From: Candidatus Eiseniibacteriota bacterium
Lineage (GTDB): Bacteria > Orphanbacterota > Orphanbacteria > Orphanbacterales > Orphanbacteraceae
Assembly: GCA_043809585.1 (NCBI GenBank)
Contig: JBDROZ010000023.1
Location: forward strand, 1 to 64,000
Direction of reading: 5' to 3'
Length of the DNA stretch: 64,000 nt
Each line of letters opens with the position of its first letter. The stretch's first letter is position 1. The notes under the pieces were generated by a model. That model ran no database searches, was not told the DNA's origin, and saw nothing but the letters and a program-made list of their open reading frames with translations. The position numbers were made by a program, and so were the translations under genes. Of the stretch, positions 28,947 to 40,295 are shown piece by piece.

Positions 28947-29144
28947 ATGAGACGTCTACAGATCATGTTTCTTATCCTGGGGGGAATAGCCTTCGCTGGA
29001 GCCGGCGTTTTCATGGGCACCGACACTGCCGAGATTCTGTGGGAGGTGGCCGTGGGCATTCTGCTGTTCGATGCAGTTCTGATCCTCCTGTGGCCAAGTC
29101 GAAAGGCGCAGTCTGGGAGTAGCGCTCACCACGGCGGGGCCTAA
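28947..29144 (+). CDS. Cassette 3: small two-TM protein
   Basis: GGAGG RBS; stop codon lies inside the attC R'' box. Confidence 0.7.
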   Translation: MRRLQIMFLILGGIAFAGAGVFMGTDTAEILWEVAVGILLFDAVLILLWPSRKAQSGSSAHHGGA

Positions 29145-29236
29145 CGACGCGCTGCACCCGCCGGCCCGCGGGGCCGGAGAGAGGCCGAGTTCCGCGCTCG
29201 GCGGGCGCGGGCCGCGGGTGAGCGCGAGCGTTATGC
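29139..29236 (+). other. attC site 3
   Basis: GCCTAAC...GTTATGC. Confidence 0.85.
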
Positions 29237-29267
29237 CTTTGGGAAGGAATTGATGGAGGTCCATCTC

Positions 29268-30491
29268 GTGCCCCGAGTCTTCGTTAGCTACAGTCACCAT
29301 GACAGCCGTATCGCGATGAGGATTGCCAGGGACCTGGATCTGGCCGGGGCCGGAGTGTGGATTGACAAGAAGGGGATTCTGCCAAGCCAGGTGGTTTTCG
29401 AAACCATTGTGCAGGCTCTCGACAACTCGGACTTTGTCGTCCTTCTCCTGTCGCCAACATCCGCTGAATCCGCCTCCGTACGCGAAGAACTCGTTCTCGC
29501 CAAGCAACGAGAACAAGACGGCCGCCTACATATCGTCATTGTCCTGCTCGAAAGCGCCCCGCTTCCCACTCCCGTTGCGGGGCGCCTCTACATCGACTTC
29601 CGCAATTCGGCCGACGACGCCGCAAGCTTTGCCCGACTACTTGAGGCGCTCAGTATCAATCGGGCCTCGGCCATCCTCGATGCATCCTACAAGCAGTACA
29701 GATGGCATGGCTCACCCACTCGCTCGGCCGGCTACGAAGCGCTTGGGAATATCTTGGCGACATGTACGGTGCTACGGGAACACAAGACTGGCTACGCATC
29801 TCGTGATGCCCTGGAGGATGTCGATATCCTCGTGCTGCCCACCCCGTTCGGAACCCAGGTACCCTTTGGTGAATTCACAGTGATCGCAGATTGGGTGCGC
29901 CACGGCGGCGCCCTTGTGACGTTCGGGGTCTATCTGATGGAGCGCCATCACTACAACAATCTTAACCAGCTAATGAGGCTGTTCGGGATTGAGTTCGGCA
30001 CGAATTTGCTCATGCCGGCTGGCAGGGACAGCGACATCCTCTGTCGGAGGCAAGCGGAGGCAACGGCCGAACAGCAATATTGGCTCGATGGCCGGGTGAC
30101 TGCCATTCCGGTCAATCATGCTCTCTTTGCGAACGTCTCAAAGCTAGTGCTCGTGTCATCCTGCAGTGTGGAGGCCGATCTGCCCTGCGATTGCAGCGCC
30201 TTCACGGACGTCAAGTGCAGCGTCATGACGGCGAGGGGACTCAAGGACCCTCAGTCTGGCAAGATCGAGCGATTAGATCAATACATCAAAGACAAAGCGG
30301 CCTACGCGACGATTTGCGCGGCACGGACCTTCGGCGCTGGCAAGATCGTCGTTGTCGGAAGCTGGAAGGTATTCCACAACGATCTGATCGGGCAAGGTGA
30401 CAATACGCAGTTACTTCGGAATATCTTACGATGGTTTGGCTCTAACAACGAGCCACTAAGCGTAGGCAATGGTGCTGCGATTAGGGCATAA
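29268..30491 (+). CDS. Cassette 4: TIR-domain protein with C-terminal GATase-like/DUF4350-like domain
   Basis: RVFVSYSHHD...VWID...SDFVVLLLSP...SVREEL; later DVDILVLPTP...WVRHGGAL. Confidence 0.8.
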   Translation: MPRVFVSYSHHDSRIAMRIARDLDLAGAGVWIDKKGILPSQVVFETIVQALDNSDFVVLLLSPTSAESASVREELVLAKQREQDGRLHIVIVLLESAPLPTPVAGRLYIDFRNSADDAASFARLLEALSINRASAILDASYKQYRWHGSPTRSAGYEALGNILATCTVLREHKTGYASRDALEDVDILVLPTPFGTQVPFGEFTVIADWVRHGGALVTFGVYLMERHHYNNLNQLMRLFGIEFGTNLLMPAGRDSDILCRRQAEATAEQQYWLDGRVTAIPVNHALFANVSKLVLVSSCSVEADLPCDCSAFTDVKCSVMTARGLKDPQSGKIERLDQYIKDKAAYATICAARTFGAGKIVVVGSWKVFHNDLIGQGDNTQLLRNILRWFGSNNEPLSVGNGAAIRA

Positions 30492-30553
30492 CAAGCGGTT
30501 GGAGCGGCTCGGGTCCGCTCCGCGGTCCCGCCCGCTCAACCACGGCGTTAGGC
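30486..30553 (+). other. attC site 4
   Basis: GCATAAC...GTTAGGC. Confidence 0.9.
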
Positions 30554-30597
30554 GCCAGTCTGGCTCAGGTGTCGCTTGAAAGAGATGAGGTTTGGGA

Positions 30598-31389
30598 ATG
30601 TCCGGGATTCGTCACACGGCGATAAGGCACCCAGTCGGGTTCGCTCTTCTGGCGACGGTGGTCATGCTCTTGCTGTACATCGTTGCGAGCGCCGTCGCTG
30701 CTGTCGCCTCGACCGACGGCACTTCACATCAGCTGATTGAGGCGCTGGCTAGGCTGGCGGCTGCCGGCTTGGTCCTGCTCGTGACGTGGCGCTTGGGGAT
30801 GATGCGAGACGCAGGGGTACTGCATCCGGGTGCGGGCTGGGTTTGGGTCCTGGCGGTGGCTGTCGCCCTCTATCGGACGTTCGCTCACTCCTACGCCTTC
30901 TTCGGCGACTTCGGGCTAGCGTTTGCGTGGGTTCCGCTCTCTGGCGTGGTGGCGCTGAATGGCTCAGCCGCGGCGCTGTTGGAGGAGCTGGTGTTCCGTG
31001 GTGCCATGCTCAGCGTGCTGTTTCTGTTTTGGCGCAAGCTGTCGGGCGGCTTGCTGAGGTCCACTCTGCTGACGGCCGCGCTTTTCGGAGCGTCACACCT
31101 CATCAGGCTTGCGATGGGGCAGCCCGCACCTGTCGTGGGCCTCCTGGTTCTGGATTCGTTCTTGGCGGGTATCTTCTACGCTGCCGTTGTACTTCGCGGA
31201 CGCAGCATCTGGCCTGTTGTGGCCATACACCTTCTACTCAACGCCTATGTGGGTGCGCGAGCAGTTGGACTTGCCGGATTCGAGGAAACGACGTCGGGCT
31301 GGGTGATCATCCTGCTCCTCGGGCTGCCGCTTCCGGTACTGGGCCTGTACATGCTTCGAGGAGTCAACGGTCGAACGGCTGGCGCCTAA
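30598..31389 (+). CDS. Cassette 5: CPBP intramembrane protease
   Basis: LEELVFRG, FGASH and AIH motifs. Confidence 0.85.
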   Translation: MSGIRHTAIRHPVGFALLATVVMLLLYIVASAVAAVASTDGTSHQLIEALARLAAAGLVLLVTWRLGMMRDAGVLHPGAGWVWVLAVAVALYRTFAHSYAFFGDFGLAFAWVPLSGVVALNGSAAALLEELVFRGAMLSVLFLFWRKLSGGLLRSTLLTAALFGASHLIRLAMGQPAPVVGLLVLDSFLAGIFYAAVVLRGRSIWPVVAIHLLLNAYVGARAVGLAGFEETTSGWVIILLLGLPLPVLGLYMLRGVNGRTAGA

Positions 31390-31451
31390 CAACGCCTCGC
31401 ACCTGGCAATCGCGTTTCGCGCGCTTGCAGGTGAAGGCTCTGCCGTTATGC
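31384..31451 (+). other. attC site 5
   Basis: GCCTAAC...GTTATGC. Confidence 0.85.
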
Positions 31452-31470
31452 AGTTTCGGAGGTGAGGGAA

Positions 31471-32193
31471 ATGAACAAAAATAGACTTATAATAGCCACT
31501 CTCTGTTCTATTTTATGGATTGCGTTCCCATGTGCAGCGAATGCTGAAATCGTTGTGGAAATACTGAACACTGATGGGTACGTATTTTCAAAAGAAGAAC
31601 GAGCTACAATCGAGGAGATTGCTGTAGCAGCTGAGGTTGAAATCAGATCCCTATTACCACAACTCCCTAAGAAGATTTTATTAACTGTTCTTTCAGGCAA
31701 GGATGTTATTCCTGAAACTGGTGAGATGGGAACTGCTGTTGCACTTGCGTACGTACGTTGGACAGTAGATCCTTCACGGCCTGGAGGAGTTATGGCTCTG
31801 GCAAAATCAAATTTGCGTGCTGCACTATTTCATGAACTTAACCACTTGGTTAGGGGATGGGTAGTGTACGGCAGATCTCCGGATAAGTCGTTCATGGACG
31901 GCGTCGTAAATGAGGGTCTTGCTACTGCGTTTGAACGAGATGCTGCTGGAACTCTGCCTCCATGGGGTATGTATCCTGAAGAGGTTAAAGACTGGGTGGA
32001 TGAACTTCTTACACTTCCGTTATCAGCTTCGTACGAACACTGGATGTTCCGGCATCCGGATGGTCGTAGATGGATTGGTTACCGTGCTGGGACATACATT
32101 ATCGATAAAGCGATGGAAGCGTCGGGATTGTCCGCTTCTGAACTTGTTCAATCGCCAACTGCTAAGATCCTTGAGCTGGCTGGTTTTAAATGA
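31471..32193 (+). CDS. Cassette 6: secreted DUF2268-like Zn metallopeptidase (AT-rich)
   Basis: Signal peptide; HELNH...NEGLA...WIGY. Confidence 0.8.
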   Translation: MNKNRLIIATLCSILWIAFPCAANAEIVVEILNTDGYVFSKEERATIEEIAVAAEVEIRSLLPQLPKKILLTVLSGKDVIPETGEMGTAVALAYVRWTVDPSRPGGVMALAKSNLRAALFHELNHLVRGWVVYGRSPDKSFMDGVVNEGLATAFERDAAGTLPPWGMYPEEVKDWVDELLTLPLSASYEHWMFRHPDGRRWIGYRAGTYIIDKAMEASGLSASELVQSPTAKILELAGFK

Positions 32194-32261
32194 CTATTCC
32201 CTCACTACGGGTGAACTTTTTATATGAAGTTCGACTATTGTATTTTACTTTCAATGCAACT

Positions 32262-32281
32262 GCATAACGCCAACGTTAGGC
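32262..32281 (+). other. Collapsed 20-bp attC site 6
   Basis: GCATAAC-GCCAAC-GTTAGGC; both cores match the neighbouring cassette ends. Confidence 0.75.
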
Positions 32282-32314
32282 CGTTCGGATTGAGACTGAC
32301 GTAGGAGAGGGGCT

Positions 32315-32824
32315 ATGGGTCTCGGCGTCGTAGCTGAAGTGATATCGGCGGTCGCTCTAGTCAGCGGCATAATCTTCGCCGCCGTCCAGCTCAGACACAT
32401 GCGCGCCGCGAGACAACGTGAGGCCGCTCTCGAACTGCTGCATTCTTTCCAGACGCCGACATTCGCGCGGGCGTTGCTCATCGTATGGAATCTCCCACTT
32501 GGCCTGGGCAGGATTGAGCTCGAGGAACGCTTGGGGGAGGACATGGGCCTCGTCGTTTCACTGATGGCAACATGGGAGAGTATCGGGGCTCTCGTGTTCC
32601 TCCGCGAGCTCGACTTCAGCATGGTGGACGAGTTCTTCAGCGGTCCCATTATCGTGTCATGGAGGGCGCTCGAGCAGTACGTCCGAGAGCAACGTGAGCA
32701 TACTCGGCGAGCTACGGCGGCGGAATGGTTCCAGTGGCTCGCAGAGCAGATAGCGGAGCATGAGTCGTCAGTGCCGCCGGTGCCTGCGTACGAGGCTCAC
32801 AGGGACTGGCGGCCGCGGAAGTGA
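32315..32824 (+). CDS. Cassette 7: N-terminal TM protein, DUF4760-like
   Basis: TM helix then WESIGALV...W..L..YV...R...EWFQWL. Confidence 0.7.
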   Translation: MGLGVVAEVISAVALVSGIIFAAVQLRHMRAARQREAALELLHSFQTPTFARALLIVWNLPLGLGRIELEERLGEDMGLVVSLMATWESIGALVFLRELDFSMVDEFFSGPIIVSWRALEQYVREQREHTRRATAAEWFQWLAEQIAEHESSVPPVPAYEAHRDWRPRK

Positions 32825-32839
32825 GATTCGTGGCGAACG

Positions 32840-32951
32840 GCCTAACAACGGGATGAACCTGACAAAACGCTCTGTCATGCCCCTTGCATGGCAAGGGTCA
32901 CGCCAGCCAGCTCCGCAGGACGCGTTTTGCAGGTTATCCCAAACGTTGGGC
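32840..32951 (+). other. attC site 7
   Basis: GCCTAAC...GTTGGGC. Confidence 0.85.
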
Positions 32952-32987
32952 TGACCCCGTTTTGAATAGGCCAGGAGCGCGGATCTG

Positions 32988-33770
32988 ATGATCGATCCGA
33001 TGAAGATCACGCTTGAGGTCCTCCTGCTCGTGGCAGCGCTCCTGCACTTCCGGCTAGCTGCCGGGAGTCACTGTCAGCGTTTCTTGATCGGCTTCACTAC
33101 CGTCACCGTTACGCTCAATCTCGCCTTCTACTATTTCGCCGCCTGGCCTCTTTATGTGTCGTTTGGGCAGTCCAGTGGCCTTGAGTCCTCCAGCCTGCAC
33201 GCAATGGTCCTGTTTGATGTCGTCAAATGGGGTGTCTTCGCGTACGTCTTCGGGCGACTGGCCGTTGGGCTGGGGGATGCAGGCTTTGGTGGCGGCTTCG
33301 CCCTCCTGCGGGGCGACCCACGAATCAGCAGAGTTGTGGGAATCGGGATCGTTGGGGCCATTGTTGCGATCGGCGCCGGCTACGGGCTCAGTCTCGTGGA
33401 ATACCGCCTGGGGTACCTCGAGGCACTGCCCTGGACCTGGTTCAGCGACAATCCTGTCTACTTCAAGCTGGGGCTTTGGGGCGGCTTTCGGAATCTCGCC
33501 GGTGAGGAGATACTGGCGAGGCTCGGTGCGCAATCCGTCCTCCTCTATGCGCTTCGAAGGACCCGATGGGCACCTGCCCTCGCCATCGTATTCTCTTCCT
33601 TCTATTTCGAGCTATGGCACAATGGATTTCGAGAGTTGTACTTTCTCAATTTCGCCGCATCGTGTGGATTCGGCTGGGCGTACCACAAGGGCGGTTACGA
33701 GAGCGCTGCGATCGCCCACTGTTTAGCAGACTGGCTCCTCATCGTGGTTCTGCCGCGCCTGCCGTTCTAG
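32988..33770 (+). CDS. Cassette 8: CPBP-like membrane protein
   Basis: GEEILAR, FELWH and AIAH motifs. Confidence 0.7.
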   Translation: MIDPMKITLEVLLLVAALLHFRLAAGSHCQRFLIGFTTVTVTLNLAFYYFAAWPLYVSFGQSSGLESSSLHAMVLFDVVKWGVFAYVFGRLAVGLGDAGFGGGFALLRGDPRISRVVGIGIVGAIVAIGAGYGLSLVEYRLGYLEALPWTWFSDNPVYFKLGLWGGFRNLAGEEILARLGAQSVLLYALRRTRWAPALAIVFSSFYFELWHNGFRELYFLNFAASCGFGWAYHKGGYESAAIAHCLADWLLIVVLPRLPF

Positions 33771-33799
33771 TCGGCACCGGCAGCCCAACACTTATGAGG

Positions 33800-34300
33800 C
33801 CCCCGGTGGCAAGTAAAAAGATCTCCCTGAGTCACCGTCTGCGAGAGAGGCGACCATGGTGTTCGGTCCATCTCGACGTCCTGTCTTCGCTTCGAAGTGG
33901 GTGCGGAGATCGGACTCCGCACCAAACACTTATCGAGGATCGTCACCGAGAGCTCGTCCGGCCAAGGACCGAACCAGATCGGCCAAGCGAGTCCGGGCCG
34001 GCTCGCGTCCTAGAAGCTCGTTCGTGCCCTCATACCGTCCCCTTCAAGAGTCGGGTTCGACGAGCCGGGCTCGTCCATCCAGTTATGCGCGGGCTCGGGC
34101 GAGGGGCAGAGCCGCAGAGAATGCCGTGCTGAGAATGGAGCGAAGGAGAGCGTCCAATCAAAGCGCGAGGGTTGCCCGGCAAGAGTCCCACGACCGCGGA
34201 CGGACTCGAGTTCGAAGTGGATGGCGGTCGGATCCGGCTCGGCCGTTGGCGGCTCCAGTTAGACAGAGGGCTCACTCTCCTCCCTCCGATGGTGCTGGTT
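33800..34300 (-). ncRNA. Candidate bridge/seekRNA region downstream of the transposase
   Basis: ~500-bp non-coding end containing two GAGCCC-N6/5-TAACTGGA motifs. Confidence 0.55.
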
Positions 34301-34305
34301 CCTCC

Positions 34306-35348
34306 TTAACCGGCCAGAAAGCGCTCCATCTAGAAAGCTCTCTTGCGCTTGCGCATGAAGTAGACCGCACGCCCGAGCTTATGGGCAAGAATGGCGAGGG
34401 ACTTTCCCTTTCCGTGCTTGCGCTCGAGGCGTTGGCGTCGTTTCTTCAGTTCTTCGCTCTGCCTCAGCATCAGGAGGACGGCTTCGCCAAAGGCCCAGCG
34501 GAGATGCGCGTTGCCGATCTTGGCACCGCCGGTTCCCGGCCGCTTGCCGGCAGACTCGTGAGCGCATTTGACGAGGCGTGCGTAAGAGGCAAAATCCTGC
34601 ACTCTCGGGAAGCGCTCGATGTTGTGGATCTCATAGAGGAGGGTCATGGCCAGGATCTTCCCGACGCCGGGAATGGATCGCAGCCTGTGGAAGTTGTCGG
34701 GGTCGTGCACCTTGACCCGACGGGTCAGGAACGCCTCCAGGTCGCGGATGACCCGGTCCAGTCGGTCGGCGACCGCGAGATCGACGGCGACGTTCTTCTG
34801 GACACTGCGGTCGGAGAAGGCGTCAGCGGTGCCAACGCGATTGGCTCGGTAGCGCCGCTTGGCGGAGGGCGCAGTGAGGTTATACTGGTGGTAGGTGTTC
34901 TGGATATGGGCCACGAGCTCGCCCCGCTTGCGGACGAGGTGGAGCCTCCTTCGGAGGGGGTCTCGTGTGGATCGCCACTCCCGGGGGTAGACATAGGCGA
35001 CCGGGAAGGTCCGCCCTTGAGGAGCGCGGCGATCTTGGCCGAGTCGATCCGGTCGTTCTTGGCCTTGCCTCCGTGAATGGCCTTCATGTAGAGGGCATGC
35101 CCCAGGACGAAGGAAATCCTGGCGTCGCGTCACAGATCGGCCAGCCAGTACCAGGTGAACATGCACTCGGCCCCGACGACCAGATCGTCGGAGAAGGGCT
35201 GGACCGCCTGGAGGAAGGCGTCGGGTTCGGCGCGCAGATTTCGGTGCAGCACCTTGTTGCTTTCCCGGTCGAGAACGCAGACGTAGATCGATCGGGCGTG
35301 TAGATCGACACCGCAGTAGTGCTGGTGTTGTCCGGTGTAGAATCGCAT
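34306..35348 (-). pseudogene. IS110 DEDD recombinase, inactivated
   Basis: GVDLH, GAEC, KNDRID, SAGK and GNAHLRWA motifs; TGA at 35130, frameshift ~35010, TAG at 34330. Confidence 0.9.
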
Positions 35349-35436
35349 GGTCATTCACCTCCTGGGTTGGGTGGATACTGGACACCACCAGCCTACCCCC
35401 TCACCGGGGTAGGTCCCAGGGGGCCTTGATGAGTAT

Positions 35437-35494
35437 CAAGCGGTTGCAGCGGCCGGTCCGCTGCGCGGCCCGCCGCTGAACCGAAGCGATGGCG
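35437..35494 (+). other. Remainder of attC site 8 (R'' at 33783-33789), ending in GATGGCG
   Basis: CAAGCGGTTGCAGCGG...CCGCTGAACCG palindrome. Confidence 0.8.
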
Positions 35495-35509
35495 GGAAGA
35501 GGAGGGAGA

Positions 35510-36097
35510 ATGACGCGACTTTGGATTCTGGTTGCCGCGGCGTGGATGGTGGCGAGCTGTGGTCGCAGCGTCACTCCTCCGGGTGGCGGAGAGGGCAACC
35601 TCGTTCTTCGCCTGGACTGGCAGCGCCTCGTGACGGAGGACGATGCGACCTGTGATCGCTGCAGTGGCACGCAGGAGGAGCTTCGCCAGGCGGCGGCGGC
35701 ACTTAGGAAGTCGCTCGGTCCTCTTGGGATCGAGGTCGCGTACGTAGAGCAGGCGCTTAGCCGTGAGGAGTGTGCCGCGGATATCCTGCGTTCCAACCGG
35801 ATCCTCATTCAGGACCGGCCCCTGGAGGACTGGCTCGGCGGTGAGATGGGCGCGAGTACATGCGGTTCATGCTGCGAGGCGCTCGGGGAGCAAGTAGAGT
35901 GCCGGACGGCGAGTGTCGATGGGGTGACGTACGAGGTGATTCCAGTGCGGCTGATCGTGCGGGCGGGGCTTCTTGCCGCTTCTAACCTGATGCGGCCTCC
36001 GTCATCCAGTCCGTGTTGTCCAGGGGCAGCGGGATCTTCCCAGGAGACCGCTCCCTGTTCCCCTGAGCCGACCAATTGCGGCGGCGGCTCGGGCTAG
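35510..36097 (+). CDS. Cassette 9: DUF2703-like CxxC lipoprotein
   Basis: Lipobox VASC; WQRLV...TCDRCSGT, SNRI...LEDWL and CGSCC...CRT. Confidence 0.75.
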   Translation: MTRLWILVAAAWMVASCGRSVTPPGGGEGNLVLRLDWQRLVTEDDATCDRCSGTQEELRQAAAALRKSLGPLGIEVAYVEQALSREECAADILRSNRILIQDRPLEDWLGGEMGASTCGSCCEALGEQVECRTASVDGVTYEVIPVRLIVRAGLLAASNLMRPPSSSPCCPGAAGSSQETAPCSPEPTNCGGGSG

Positions 36098-36149
36098 GGC
36101 GCCATCATGCGGCGGATTGCCCTTCGCTTTCTGTCCGGCGCTTCGCGCC

Positions 36150-36233
36150 GTCCATCAAGCGAATGCAGCCGACGCGGCCCTGTGAAAGCTGCGCTTTCTT
36201 CGGTCCGCGCGGCCGATCCGCGGCCCGTTAGCT
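36150..36233 (+). other. attC site 9 (non-canonical R'' GTCCATC)
   Basis: CCATC-AAGCGAATGCAGCCG...CGGCCGATCCGCGGCCC-GTTAGCT. Confidence 0.65.
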
Positions 36234-36282
36234 TGGTGATCAAGAGGCATCTTCTGAAAATGAAATCCTAGAAGGAGTACGC

Positions 36283-36765
36283 ATGCAGTACGCCAAGGCT
36301 CTGTTTGACATGCACGATCGGGCGCATCGAAACCTGACGGCAGTGTTAGTCCACTGCGGTGAGTTCGACGGTCCTGCTTTGAACCGCGAGCTTCCGGGGT
36401 TTGGCTACCCAACTATTCGGCTGCAGTTGCACCACGAGATTGGCGCTGAGAAATATTGGGTCGGAGTGCTTCAGGGTCGAATCGACGCTGAAGATGACGC
36501 CCCGGACTACCTGTCGATTGAATCGCTTGCGGCGTATCGCGAGAAGGTCTCCACGGTGACAGCTGCGTATTTACATGCCGCTTCACCTGGGGAGCTCACT
36601 ACCGCGCACATGATGACGACTTGGGGGAACCGAGAGCAAATGCTTGTTCCTGCCCACGTAATACTGCGTACGATTACGCACCTATATCACCACCAAGGAC
36701 AAATCGCAGCCATGTGCCGACTACTTGGCAAACCATCTAGCGGATGGGACTTTCCTCTCACATGA
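36283..36765 (+). CDS. Cassette 10: DinB/YfiT-family His-metal four-helix protein
   Basis: LHHEIGAEKYW and THLYHHQGQI motifs; AGGAG RBS. Confidence 0.85.
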   Translation: MQYAKALFDMHDRAHRNLTAVLVHCGEFDGPALNRELPGFGYPTIRLQLHHEIGAEKYWVGVLQGRIDAEDDAPDYLSIESLAAYREKVSTVTAAYLHAASPGELTTAHMMTTWGNREQMLVPAHVILRTITHLYHHQGQIAAMCRLLGKPSSGWDFPLT

Positions 36766-36833
36766 TCTGTTGATGGCACCTGCCAAGGTTCGATGAGTCA
36801 ATGGATGTTGAAGAGTGGAGTGTGGCGGCTACA

Positions 36834-36929
36834 ATCCAACATGAGCTCGCAGCGGACCATCGGCCCTGTCACGAGCCATGCGGGTTACGGCCGCGCCAGA
36901 CCCGCTGGCCGCTGAAGCCAACGTTAGCT
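36834..36929 (+). other. attC site 10
   Basis: ATCCAAC...GCAGCGG...CCGCTGA...GTTAGCT. Confidence 0.7.
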
Positions 36930-37040
36930 AAGCTAGTGGCGATCGCGGAAGTAATGCCCCATCGGCCTGGCCTTTTGAGCCGCACGGAAGCGGCCTTCCG
37001 CGTCCTCTGGATGGGACATTAGAAATACGGAGGTCACTAG

Positions 37041-39287
<2,247 letters not shown>

Positions 39288-39334
39288 TGACAGAAACGTC
39301 TTCGAGGGGTTCTCCCAGGCGGCGAAGAACGGTC

Positions 39335-39394
39335 AGCTGACAACCGGCTCCAGCGGACGGCGCTTCTCGCCGCCGCTGAACCGGAACGTTCGGC
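39335..39394 (+). other. attC site 11
   Basis: AGCTGAC-AACCGGCTCCAGCGG...CCGCTGAACCGGAAC-GTTCGGC; R'' nearly complements upstream GTTAGCT. Confidence 0.8.
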
Positions 39395-39426
39395 CGCAGC
39401 CCCACGGAAGAGAAAGGAGAGATGCA

Positions 39427-39648
39427 ATGAATGACGATCGGGCACGCTTTCAGGAAATCAGAAAACAGATTGCGTCCCTGAACCTCGAGGCCGAGAAGAT
39501 TCTGTTGGCCCACAAAGAAGGAAGCTCCAAAGGATATGGACGTTGCGAGCACTTCCCCTGCGCATGCGCGGGTTACATCCATGGCGACACCCCGGCCGTA
39601 TGCGGCAGGTCGCATTGCGGTCATTGGGCATCCGAGCACGCATTCTGA
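39427..39648 (+). CDS. Cassette 12: small coiled-coil plus Cys/His-rich protein
   Basis: AAGGAG RBS; C-x4-C-x-C...C-x4-C-x-H-x4-H. Confidence 0.6.
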   Translation: MNDDRARFQEIRKQIASLNLEAEKILLAHKEGSSKGYGRCEHFPCACAGYIHGDTPAVCGRSHCGHWASEHAF

Positions 39649-39742
39649 TAGGCGATGCAGTTGTCATGGAGCGGAAGCGATTCTTGAGACGCGGCGGCCC
39701 GCTGGGCGGCGACTCTTAGCGGGTCTGGAGGACCGCAGTGCA

Positions 39743-40120
39743 ATGACTGAATACGATCCTCTTCAAGCGCCGGATGCGGCGGAGTGGCTGGCGACGGATG
39801 AGTCGGAACGTATCGGTCTCATCCTCGACTTCCACCGTCGCGCCCGAGTCAAGGCTCCGAGCATTCGAACCCATGCGATCGTTCACGCGGCCGTCGAAAC
39901 TCAGGTGGCGATGGGGGCTGAGATTCCCGTGGCAGCCACGCTGACGCGGCTCTTGGTTGAGGGGCTGGATCGTCACGACGCCATCCACGCGATTGGCTCG
40001 GTGCTGGTCAAACACATGCGAGACATCATGGTCGCCGAAGGGGCGGAACCGGACCCGAATCGGGCCTACTGGAAGGAACTGGAGCGATTGAGTGCGAATA
40101 CGTGGCGCCACGCTCGCTAA
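39743..40120 (+). CDS. Cassette 13: hypothetical protein
   Basis: GGAGG RBS; stop inside CGCTAAC R''; preceded by a decayed core CTTAGCG (39715). Confidence 0.7.
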   Translation: MTEYDPLQAPDAAEWLATDESERIGLILDFHRRARVKAPSIRTHAIVHAAVETQVAMGAEIPVAATLTRLLVEGLDRHDAIHAIGSVLVKHMRDIMVAEGAEPDPNRAYWKELERLSANTWRHAR

Positions 40121-40183
40121 CAACAGCGTGAACCCGGCGGTTCATCCGGTCACGCCGCGTGCCCGCGCACGCTCCGCGCCAGA
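40115..40183 (+). other. Truncated terminal attC
   Basis: CGCTAAC...GCGTGAACC...GTCAC...CGTGC resembles the left half of attC1; right half missing. Confidence 0.65.
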
Positions 40184-40295
40184 AGGAAGAGAAGCAAGTG
40201 CGCGACTGCCGAGCACCGCAGCGGACAGCCCCGGACAGGGCCCGCCCGCACTCAATCGCGACCTGCCCGCCGTACTCTCGCCCGACCCCGTCCCC

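Larger units (their letters stand above)
33791..35436 (-). mobile_element. IS110-family (IS1111-type) element inserted in attC site 8
   Basis: Flanked by CA at 33789-90 and 35437-38; removal restores GCCCAACAAGCGGTTGCAGCGG...; subterminal IRs (ATGAGGCCCCC / GGGGGCCTTGAT). Confidence 0.9.

Noticed and set aside
33856-35076. 406-aa plus-strand ORF in the IS
   Set aside because: Antisense to the transposase and its non-coding end; no protein features
35130-35132. Selenocysteine TGA in the IS110 recombinase (selA is in the window)
   Set aside because: The gene also has a frameshift and a TAG, and I see no SECIS-like hairpin; ordinary decay is simpler
36283-36765. Second DNA polymerase IV
   Set aside because: Name overlap only; this is the DinB/YfiT helical family
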